A stretch of DNA of 32,000 nucleotides from Candidatus Micrarchaeota archaeon (GCA_043814255.1 JBDRKD010000103.1:6499-38498); one strand, 5' to 3'; positions 15,074 through 22,145 are shown, counted from the first letter of the stretch. Program-made: numbers and translations. Notes: generated by a model from the letters alone, not told the origin.

Positions 15074-15266
15074 TGCGGGGGGTGGGATTTTTGGGCAGCT
15101 TCTTGGACGAGTCGTTTTAGGCGTCTCTTTCTTTTTCCAAGGTTTTTATTTCTCCGCAAAGAGAAGGAAAAAGCTTGAACCCACGTAGCACCTTAGTGCA
15201 CAGGATCTTAAGTTTGGCAGAGTTTTGAACTCCCCTGCCCTTTTGACCGTGCTCAGGTACCCCCGC
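15074..15266 (-). tRNA. tRNA-Leu (anticodon UAA), class II, interrupted by two introns: about 20 nt 5' of the anticodon loop (15213..15232) and about 86 nt inside the T-loop (15089..15174)
   Basis: Acceptor stem GCGGGGG (15266..15260) pairs perfectly with CCCCCGC (15081..15075), followed by discriminator A. After U8 A9 comes a D arm CCT/GAGCACGGTCAAA/AGG. The anticodon stem is CAGGG/TCCTG with loop CTTAAGA. The long variable arm is T-GCAC-TAAG-GTGC-TAC. The T stem GTGGG (15184..15180) pairs with CCCAC (15086..15082), and the T loop TTCAA + AT is restored only after removing the insert. The predicted mature length is 87 nt and no CCA is encoded. TTTTTATTT lies about 27 nt upstream. Confidence 0.8.
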
Positions 15267-15367
15267 GCAGTTACTACTTATCATTGCGAGCAAATAAAAA
15301 GAGTGCGGGTTACTGGAACTTCCCGGTTATTGTCACACAACCGAGTTTATATAAAATCCCCCATCAT

Positions 15368-16420
15368 TCAGATTGTCGCCCCCTGAGCGAACTTTCTGCT
15401 TTGTTTTATCTCCTTTGGTTTTATTATGCATCGTATTTTCTTTACCCTACCAACAAACTTTTTTACGTCAGTTTTAATTATTCCCTCTCTCCTCCCTACG
15501 AAGTGATAAACATACCCGTTGTAATATATCCCCCAGTGTTCTCCTCTCCCAGAACCCGTCCAGGAACGTGATTGAATCATGCATCCATCCATTTTCTCAA
15601 GGTCCCTTAGGGCTGTGCTTACACTCTTCTCGTTATACCAAAAGTAGTCCACAGTTCCATCCAATCTTTCATTCTCTATTGTTCTCCTGGAATCTTGTTT
15701 ATATTTACCAATATATCTCTGGAAGTATTTCTTTCCCCTTGCTTGTGAGAGCATTAGCATGCAGAAATCAAAGCAGTCATTATCATACTTCTTATATGGC
15801 CCCATAACGCTAAATCCCATTGAATCCATTCTCTTCGCCGTCATTGCGGCGTTTCCTATTCTATCTTCAAGCGAGGCGTTCTCTATGTTCAGGGAAACTT
15901 TCTTGAAAAAAGCATCCTCCCTTAATGATTCAGCAGGGACATTGAACAACAGCGAATACCTGTTCTTAAAATAGGTTTCAATATCTCCAGGGACAAGTTT
16001 CCACACAGGTTCTTTCATCCCGTTGAGTGTTTTCTTAACCCAGTTTACTGATATTTCCCTCTCAGTTGCCCCAAGTTCACTCAATCCCTTGGCAAGAGCC
16101 AGGGTGTTTATGAACTCATCAGGGTGTAGGTTTTTTCCTAGTTCAGAGTCACTTTTTCCCCTGAACAACCCATTAAGAGCAGAGTTTATTTCCCTGTCGG
16201 GGATTCCCAGCGCCTGCATTGCTCTTATCTGGGCATCTAGGTTTTGCATAACATAATCTGAAAGTCCCTGGACAAACATAGTTTCATTAGTGAATGTCCT
16301 ATGAAAGTGTTCAAATACACTTTCATCTAGATCTGTTCTTCCAAATTTAACCTTTCTTGGAATGTACACAAACAGAGCATCAGCAGGTTCGCCTTCCTTC
16401 CCATACATTCGATCCGTCAT
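15368..16420 (-). CDS. Protein with a C-terminal NlpC/P60-superfamily (papain-like, LRAT-like motifs) domain and an N-terminal helical region of unknown function
   Basis: 350 aa with no signal peptide. The motifs are YDNDC(216)FDFCMLM and then GEH(295)WGIYYNGYVYH(306)FVG. This is a Cys...His...His triad in classical, non-permuted P60 order. The His motif text closely resembles the LRAT/PLAAT motif HWA(I/L)Y.G.GYV(I)H. The gene has its own TATA (tttatata) about 27 nt upstream of the ATG and is visibly more AT-rich than its neighbours. Confidence 0.6.
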   Translation of the reverse strand: MTDRMYGKEGEPADALFVYIPRKVKFGRTDLDESVFEHFHRTFTNETMFVQGLSDYVMQNLDAQIRAMQALGIPDREINSALNGLFRGKSDSELGKNLHPDEFINTLALAKGLSELGATEREISVNWVKKTLNGMKEPVWKLVPGDIETYFKNRYSLLFNVPAESLREDAFFKKVSLNIENASLEDRIGNAAMTAKRMDSMGFSVMGPYKKYDNDCFDFCMLMLSQARGKKYFQRYIGKYKQDSRRTIENERLDGTVDYFWYNEKSVSTALRDLEKMDGCMIQSRSWTGSGRGEHWGIYYNGYVYHFVGRREGIIKTDVKKFVGRVKKIRCIIKPKEIKQSRKFAQGATI

Positions 16421-16464
16421 AACCTAAAGATTATGCTTAGCTACTATATAAAAACAAGGGAAGA

Positions 16465-17196
16465 TCAGCCATACATCGGTCCGAGTCCCTGTACTTTCTT
16501 GTAGTGTTCATGGGCCGTCTTTGCGTTTTTCATAATATCCTTTATCTTCCCCTCTATTGTTCTGGATTCGTTTATAAGCTCCTTGGTGTCGACATCTATC
16601 TTGATGATGTCCTTCAGTTTTTCTATTACTATCGCAGAGGCAAGCGGATCCATGAAATCAGGTTTCGCCTCTGCTAGCAGCGATGCTGCCGGGAAGCCTC
16701 TGGAAGCGCATTCTGCCAGAAGCACCCCACTCACACCAGTAGTGGCGCCTTCCTTTATCATCTTTATGCCATTCCTCTCCAATCGTTTTCTCAATTCAGG
16801 AGTACTTGCAATCCCGAAGACGTCGTTCCTGTTCCCATCTATGGATATCCCCCCAAGGGAGAATATCTCGCGGACCTTGTGGTCCACCGCCCAATCAACA
16901 ATCTCTGATGCAAGGTGATGTATGGTTCCCATGGGCATCGTGAATTCACTGAAGAGCACAATGAGATTGTATTTCTTTGATTTGTATATTCTGGCTGGAT
17001 GGAGCGGGGCGTAATTATGAACAGCAGCAAGGGGCGGAAATTTCTCAGAGGTGATATAGCCAAGCTCATCCATCTTAAGTTTCTCAACAAGATAGCTAGC
17101 AGATATCGTTCCGACCAACCCAACGCCCGGGAACCCTTCTATGAGGGTAGGATTCTTCAAATCAAACTTCCCAACTTCCCTTATTCTCACAGCCAT
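16465..17196 (-). CDS. PAC2-family proteasome assembly chaperone (archaeal PbaA/PbaB-like)
   Basis: 243 aa. The N-terminal LIEGFPGVGLVGTISASYLVEKL motif and the overall length are typical of the PAC2 family. A TATA tttatata is centred about 33 nt upstream of the ATG. Confidence 0.8.
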   Translation of the reverse strand: MAVRIREVGKFDLKNPTLIEGFPGVGLVGTISASYLVEKLKMDELGYITSEKFPPLAAVHNYAPLHPARIYKSKKYNLIVLFSEFTMPMGTIHHLASEIVDWAVDHKVREIFSLGGISIDGNRNDVFGIASTPELRKRLERNGIKMIKEGATTGVSGVLLAECASRGFPAASLLAEAKPDFMDPLASAIVIEKLKDIIKIDVDTKELINESRTIEGKIKDIMKNAKTAHEHYKKVQGLGPMYG

Positions 17197-17493
17197 TTAA
17201 TCACACACCAATAGCGTTCCTCCGCTATATAAACTTTTTCAATATATCGTAAGCCAACTTAGGTTTGGTCCCGGGTTTTCGGGTCTTGGGTTGGAATTCG
17301 CTCTGGGTCGCATTCTGGCTTGAAGGGCCGGAACACACCGGCACAGTTGGTTGGTTTAACACAATCTCGATATACCTGTACAAAATCGAAAGCACACGGA
17401 CCTGAACCAGTTATTTGAACTAACCATCCCCCCTAACACCCGACGACCCGATACATTAAAATACTGACCGAGAAATAGATATGGGAGGTTTGA

Positions 17494-17805
17494 GTGGTTA
17501 ATCTAAACGCAGTCGTGTATGCGGTATGTTTCGTGCTGTTCCTGGTAGGGATAGCGTTCATCTATTACCTCTCAAAAATCACACAGTACAATGAGGCATC
17601 AGAGAACAGAACAAGGCGGAGGATAGAGGATGTGGCATACTACCTCTCAAAGCTTGAGGAACACATCGAGGATGTGGAGGCACAGATTCATAAGAAAATA
17701 GACTCAAGTGAACTGGAGACAAGAATCAAGCTTACCACTTACGACCAAATAATCACGCGGGTTTCAAAACACACCAAGAAAAGCCGGAAGGCGGTGGCAC
17801 AATGA
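17494..17805 (+). CDS. Bitopic membrane protein: N-terminal TM plus coiled coil. It is a paralog of the N-terminal leader module of the next gene.
   Basis: 103 aa. GTG start with GGAGG 6 nt upstream. The TM is AVVYAVCFVLFLVGIAFIYYL. The coiled coil is RRIEDVAYYLSKLEEHIEDVEAQIHKKIDSSELETRIK. It ends in SRKAVAQ and has an ATGA overlap with the next gene. Confidence 0.65.
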   Translation: MVNLNAVVYAVCFVLFLVGIAFIYYLSKITQYNEASENRTRRRIEDVAYYLSKLEEHIEDVEAQIHKKIDSSELETRIKLTTYDQIITRVSKHTKKSRKAVAQ

Positions 17806-18524
17806 TTGAAGAACTTGAGATAGCACCACAATCACTCATACTTCTTGTAGTAACGGGACTGTTCCTATTCTGGCTCGTTCGCTATGCCGGGGGCCTGAGG
17901 AGGGAAGCGGAGTCTAAGAGGCTTGTGGTCGAGGAAGACATGGCTGACCTGGAGGATGTCTCAAGGAAGCTGGAGGAGAACATAGACGACCTGTACAAGC
18001 GTTTGGACAGCAAGGTTGATCAGGTGCACCTAGAATTAAAGCTCGAGGAGCTGGAGCGAAAGCGGGCAGAGCTCATTCGCAGTGCAATAGAGGCGAGGAA
18101 GAAAGCACAGGCATCCATCGAGCTGATGGCAATATTCACGCTGTTGCTCGTACCGATAGCTATCGGTTTCATGTATTCGTACACTGCAATCTCTGATTCA
18201 ATGAATTACAAGGCCGCTGTAGTTCTTGATCGCATCGGAGCAGTCGCGGAGAAGCTTTATGTCGAGGGTCCAGGGGCAAGTGCCCTGGTTTATGTGGACG
18301 TGCCTAGTGGAGTTGACCATGCCTCCTCATATATAGGGACCCCATCATCCGGAGAGGGAAGGTATCTTTCCATCAATCAATCAGGCTCCGAGTCTTTTCG
18401 CATATTGGATGCAACAGTAAGCGGGGAATGGCCAAACACCACGGGGGGAAAAGTTCGGCCAGGTTTCAGTGTATTTAATCTGACTGTCAATTCCTCTGGC
18501 ACTGTCAGGATTCAGTTAAGGTGA
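17802..18524 (+). CDS. Pilin-like protein with an internal class III signal motif preceded by a 102-aa TM plus coiled-coil leader
   Basis: 240 aa. The TM is SLILLVVTGLFLFWLV and the coiled coil is EEDMADLEDVSRKLEENIDDLYKRLDSKVDQVHLELKLEELERKRAEL. Then comes ARKKA|QASIELMAIFTLLLVPIAIGF (Q103 at 18108), which matches the DUF361-type QxSxExxxL prepilin motif. A roughly 115-aa beta-rich domain follows. Confidence 0.65.
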   Translation: MIEELEIAPQSLILLVVTGLFLFWLVRYAGGLRREAESKRLVVEEDMADLEDVSRKLEENIDDLYKRLDSKVDQVHLELKLEELERKRAELIRSAIEARKKAQASIELMAIFTLLLVPIAIGFMYSYTAISDSMNYKAAVVLDRIGAVAEKLYVEGPGASALVYVDVPSGVDHASSYIGTPSSGEGRYLSINQSGSESFRILDATVSGEWPNTTGGKVRPGFSVFNLTVNSSGTVRIQLR

Positions 18525-18907
18525 GGTTGTTGAGGGCCCAAATAGCACTTGAGTACATATTTGCGTTTCTTATGTGGATTATCATATGCACAATAACGGT
18601 ATTCATGATTAACCCATACGTCTCTGCCCTGTCGTCTGGGTTCACGACAATGTCATACTCCGCGACAATCCAAAAGCTAAACGAGATAGCTGCTTCTGAC
18701 CTTGATGGCATGAAGCACACACAGGTATATCACAAGATAAATAACACGCTGTCTTTCAACAACACTATTGTTGCGATACATACTACGGATGGGGAGGTAA
18801 TCATTGGGTCCCAACTTACCTATACATATGCGGACAATTTCAACCAGGGGGACAGGATGCTCATAAAGAATAACGGGGACGATATACTGGTCATACGGGT
18901 GGAATGA
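18521..18907 (+). CDS. Class III signal peptide (type IV pilin-like) protein
   Basis: 128 aa. GTG start overlapping the upstream stop (GTGA). The N-terminus MRLLRA|QIALEYIFAFLMWIIICTITVF fits the (K/R)(G/A)|Q..(S/A).E...hydrophobic prepilin pattern. Confidence 0.7.
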   Translation: MRLLRAQIALEYIFAFLMWIIICTITVFMINPYVSALSSGFTTMSYSATIQKLNEIAASDLDGMKHTQVYHKINNTLSFNNTIVAIHTTDGEVIIGSQLTYTYADNFNQGDRMLIKNNGDDILVIRVE

Positions 18908-19407
18908 TGAGGGGACAGGCTGCATCTATGGACCTAATCCTTTCGACAGTCCTCTTTGCGCTTTTGGCGTTTTCCATAATGTCATTTCTCCACACAGAGA
19001 TAAAGAGTGCTGATTCCAAGTTTCTTGATGAGAAGAGGGACCGCCTGACAAATTTCGCCGCCTATCAACTGATATTCCTCTCGGGACGTCCTGATAACTG
19101 GAACAGCTCAAACTGCGACCGCATAGGCCTGTCATGCTCCCAAGGTTCGCTATGCACAAGCAAGATATCTGAAATTGAGGCAATGTATTCATCAGACTAT
19201 AATGAAACGCGAAATCTGCTTAACCTGGTAGCATATGATGTATCGATCCACATCTGTTCAACGGGCAATTACTCGGATTGCGACTATAACTTTACGACTC
19301 AGGACAGGGAAGCGGATAGGGCAGCATCATCCTCCGTTTCAAGAGCAGAACTGGTTTCAACGCTAAACGGAGAACTCGTTTCAGTGATAGTCTATGCTTG
19401 GAGTTAA
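18904..19407 (+). CDS. Class III signal peptide (type IV pilin-like) protein, Cys-containing
   Basis: 167 aa with an ATGA overlap to the upstream gene. The N-terminus is MMRG|QAASMDLILSTVLFALLAFSIMSFL. The globular part has 6 Cys and several sequons. Confidence 0.65.
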   Translation: MMRGQAASMDLILSTVLFALLAFSIMSFLHTEIKSADSKFLDEKRDRLTNFAAYQLIFLSGRPDNWNSSNCDRIGLSCSQGSLCTSKISEIEAMYSSDYNETRNLLNLVAYDVSIHICSTGNYSDCDYNFTTQDREADRAASSSVSRAELVSTLNGELVSVIVYAWS

Positions 19408-19862
19408 CAATCAGAATAATAGATTGAATCGTAAACCCCATTCTCTGCGACAACCCTCAGGGTGTGGTAACCAGTTGAAAAGCTGCTCGTTGTATTGAAG
19501 CGGACGACATCATATGGTCCCCAAATTCCCACATCTGAATACAGTACCCACGTACCGTTGAGAATATCTATTGCCGCCACACTCACATACGTACTATCCA
19601 CGAATATGGCAGTCGTGTTCGCATCAAGATACGAATCCCCCGTGTTCTTTATATAGACATATGAGTATCCACCAATATAACATGGGTCGCTGATTATAGT
19701 TATATCAGTTTTTATCTGGTCTGAAAGAGTATCCGCTTTCTGGTTAAAGGCATTAGCCACACTACCGGCAGCTGCCGTCATAACACCAACAAGCCCAAGC
19801 GCGACTATTGCAGCTGCTATGAAAAAGATGGCCTGCGTTACGCTTGTTCCAAAACCCATCAA
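19404..19862 (-). CDS. FlaG/FlaF-family (ArlG-like) protein
   Basis: 152 aa. The N-terminus (M)MGFGTSVTQAIFFIAAAIVALGLVGV carries the MGF(S/G) hallmark of archaeal FlaF/FlaG. The beta-sandwich text is YVYIKNTGDSYLDANTTAIFVD...YHTLRVVAENGVYDSIYYSDC. The C-terminus is paralogous to the next gene. Confidence 0.65.
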   Translation of the reverse strand: MMGFGTSVTQAIFFIAAAIVALGLVGVMTAAAGSVANAFNQKADTLSDQIKTDITIISDPCYIGGYSYVYIKNTGDSYLDANTTAIFVDSTYVSVAAIDILNGTWVLYSDVGIWGPYDVVRFNTTSSFSTGYHTLRVVAENGVYDSIYYSDC

Positions 19863-19868
19863 TCACAC

Positions 19869-20858
19869 CTAAGAACAGTCATAAGTCCCATATGCAGATA
19901 TCCCGTCCTCAGTAACAACAGCTACTCTATGTTCGCTGTCAGCGCTACTCATATTCATATACGTTATATTAATACTTTTAGCTGGAGCCAGGATCCCAGT
20001 CACCGTACCATAACTAGTAACAGCATAACTTACATTCAGGTACGGATCCGAATTTAGGCCTAAAGAATCAGTTTGGTATATTAATACATATTTTCGTTCA
20101 TTAGCGCCAACGGCCCAATTCTCTATGAGCTCAAAATCAGTATCCCCCGTCTTACTTATGTACGCGCTCGGTACTGAGATGCTCTCCCACCCGGTTGTTT
20201 CCTCGTAATCCACACCGTCAAAATAAGTGCAACAGCCCCAGTCAGTTGTATCAAGCGTAACCCCTAAGACATCATTCCCATAGTAATAATCAACTCTCCA
20301 ACCAGAATCCAGTCCCGCGCTCTTTACAAATGAGGAGGACTTAGCATATAGTGTGGCACCTGTTACGCTTGCACCGTCCAGTAGGTCAGAAGTATCGAAA
20401 CTGAAGTATGAGCGGTACTCTATATTTGATGGGCCACTTCTATCCTCCCCTATGTAAGAGGTATCCCCAATTGAGGATACAAGATACTTAACACCATTGA
20501 AGCTTATGTGGCCATCCACCCCTGGGGTTGAATAAAAAGTAGTTGTATTAATTGTAGTCCCAGTGACGTTCTCCAGCACCTCATTATTATCGAGAAAATC
20601 CATCTTATCGAGCCTGAGCCCCACACTCCCCGTATTATTCAAAGCAATGGTTATGTTGTAGAGCGAACAATCCCCCTCAACCGTAATATTCTCAACATTC
20701 AGGGATGTTTGGTGCTGCTCCTTGTAGTTCTCGTTCTGAATCCGGAATGCATCCGAGATATCGTGCACACTTGATTCGATGATGGGATACGCTATAACCA
20801 AGGCTCCAGCTATCCCAAGCATAATCAATATCATGGCTATCGCAGTGCTGAATCCCAT
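19869..20858 (-). CDS. FlaF-like (ArlF-like) protein carrying an inserted DNRLRE-like beta-sandwich domain of about 170 aa
   Basis: 329 aa, roughly twice the typical FlaF length. It starts MGFSTAIAMILIMLGIAGALVIAY and has the core text YNITIALNNTGSVGLRLDKMDFLDNNEV...EHRVAVVTEDGISAYGTYDCS. Residues about 115-285 contain YRSYFSFDTSDLLDGASVTGATLYAK...WESISVPSAYISKTGDTDFEL...DPYLNVSYA. Confidence 0.6.
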   Translation of the reverse strand: MGFSTAIAMILIMLGIAGALVIAYPIIESSVHDISDAFRIQNENYKEQHQTSLNVENITVEGDCSLYNITIALNNTGSVGLRLDKMDFLDNNEVLENVTGTTINTTTFYSTPGVDGHISFNGVKYLVSSIGDTSYIGEDRSGPSNIEYRSYFSFDTSDLLDGASVTGATLYAKSSSFVKSAGLDSGWRVDYYYGNDVLGVTLDTTDWGCCTYFDGVDYEETTGWESISVPSAYISKTGDTDFELIENWAVGANERKYVLIYQTDSLGLNSDPYLNVSYAVTSYGTVTGILAPAKSINITYMNMSSADSEHRVAVVTEDGISAYGTYDCS

Positions 20859-20918
20859 TGCTAATCACAGGTATGATGTCTTCCCTCCTTAAATCATTTT
20901 CGGAGGAGTGCAGGGCAG

Positions 20919-21665
20919 CTAGAAGAACCTTGACATGAGCCTTGTCATGAAGCTTGGGGGGCGATATTGCACATCCGCAAGCGCGGCTCCGAACTTTTTC
21001 ATCTCAATGGAGTAATTAGTATGCGGCTTGTGATGCACCACCGGTCTCCCGTATTCAACACTATCCATTACGTTCTCGTCATAAGGCAGGATTCCCAACA
21101 CATCGTTCCCTATCCAGTCTTCAGCTTCCCTCTCAACCTTGCTCCAGTTTCTCCTCACCTTGTTGACCACAGTTCCAAGGACATCAATACCATACTTCTC
21201 CGCCACCTTTTTGGTTTTGAGCGTATTGGCGTAAGCGGTAATCTCTGGAGTTGTTATGAGCATAACCTTGTCCGCAAGCTTCAGGCTCTCTATAGTGTTC
21301 TCACCAAGCGTTCCAGGAGCATCCAGAAGTATGACATCCGCAATGCCTTCCATACTATCGACAATATCGTTTAGGTGCTTTGGTTTTACGGTGGACATGT
21401 CATCCACAGACAGGCTTGATGCAACCACCTTCACACCAGTCGGGTGTTGAAACACGGCATCACTGATATGAATCCCATCCAATACGACATCATGGAGCGT
21501 CTTTTTTGGGAACGGTGGCCCAAGAATGCAGCCCAAATCCCCATTTGTCAGATTCCCATCAAGAATCACGACATCAACCCCAAACTCAGAAAGCGCAATC
21601 CCTAGGTTTGCCACAAAATTGCTCTTACCAACCCCACCTTTTCCGGATGCAACAGTTATAATCAT
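20919..21665 (-). CDS. minD: MinD/ParA-family P-loop ATPase with a C-terminal amphipathic helix
   Basis: 248 aa. It has the deviant Walker A MIITVASGKGGVGKS and a Walker B-like VILLDAPG. The C-terminal SFMTRLMSRFF resembles a MinD membrane-targeting helix. Confidence 0.8.
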   Translation of the reverse strand: MIITVASGKGGVGKSNFVANLGIALSEFGVDVVILDGNLTNGDLGCILGPPFPKKTLHDVVLDGIHISDAVFQHPTGVKVVASSLSVDDMSTVKPKHLNDIVDSMEGIADVILLDAPGTLGENTIESLKLADKVMLITTPEITAYANTLKTKKVAEKYGIDVLGTVVNKVRRNWSKVEREAEDWIGNDVLGILPYDENVMDSVEYGRPVVHHKPHTNYSIEMKKFGAALADVQYRPPSFMTRLMSRFF

Positions 21666-21668
21666 CGC

Positions 21669-22145
21669 TCATCCCTCTCCCAATTTTTTTTTCATATTGT
21701 CCTTTAGATACACCCTTCTCTCCTCTCGGCTTAGTGAGTCAAAATCAACGTTCTCCCATGAATTTTCAGTATCGCCGTTTTGGAGTACATCATCCTCAAC
21801 GATGATAGCATTCTCGAGTTCCTTTATTGGATCAAAAGGCGCGTGTTTCTGAGTAGTGATTTCTTCCGTTACATCATCCTCCAAGACAGGTGCACTCTCA
21901 TCCAGAACAGTGATTTCCCCGCGCTTGACCTTCCAATAGTATTCCTTTTCAATCTCGAGTTCCGTTCCTATGACTTCAACAGGCAAACTGTATCCTAAAT
22001 CATTTATAGTGGAAAGGAAGTCTTCCCATTGCACATGGTCCCAATATCCATCCTGTACATTAACAAAGTCCTTAAGCAAGTTAGAGGACTTGAGCCTATC
22101 AAGTTCTGAAGCATCGAAAATCTGTTCACTCTGCCCACTCATCAT
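21669..22145 (-). CDS. Acidic cytoplasmic protein of unknown function, first gene of the MinD/FlaF/FlaG operon
   Basis: The track ORF starts at the TTG at 22169. I prefer the ATG at 22145 because GGAGG lies 5 nt upstream (TGGAGGCATATGATG). The protein is very rich in Asp and Glu with a basic C-terminal tail (RRVYLKDNMKKKLGEG). Its stop is 3 nt from the minD start. Confidence 0.55.
   Translation of the reverse strand: MMSGQSEQIFDASELDRLKSSNLLKDFVNVQDGYWDHVQWEDFLSTINDLGYSLPVEVIGTELEIEKEYYWKVKRGEITVLDESAPVLEDDVTEEITTQKHAPFDPIKELENAIIVEDDVLQNGDTENSWENVDFDSLSREERRVYLKDNMKKKLGEG

Noticed and set aside
15213-15232. The hairpin GAG-TTCAAAA-CTC inside the tRNA region could be read as an anticodon loop (CAA) or as a T-loop
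   Set aside because: Using it as the anticodon arm leaves no proper 5-bp stem and no place for CTTAAGA/TCCTG. Treating it as intron 1 gives a complete class II tRNA-Leu(UAA) with all stems paired.
15062-15310. Direct repeat CCCGCAC-nn-TTTTTATTT (minus strand) at the tRNA 3' end (about 15062..15080) and again about 30 nt upstream of the tRNA (about 15292..15310), which looked like an attL/attR pair
   Set aside because: The two copies flank only the tRNA itself and not any cargo. The repeated part is mostly an oligo-T/TATA tract. It is better explained as the tRNA terminator on one side and, on the other side, the tRNA promoter and/or the terminator of the upstream gene.
17405-17425. A GTTCAAAT (T-loop-like) motif on the minus strand in the PAC2/pilin intergenic region, suggesting another tRNA
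   Set aside because: The flanking bases do not form a 5-bp T stem, and no acceptor, D or anticodon arms can be built around it.
19404-19407. A palindromic TTAA supplies the stop codons of both convergent operons
   Set aside because: This is real in the sequence, but a 4-nt overlap of convergent stops is common in compact genomes and needs no special mechanism. It is noted only as part of the locus description.
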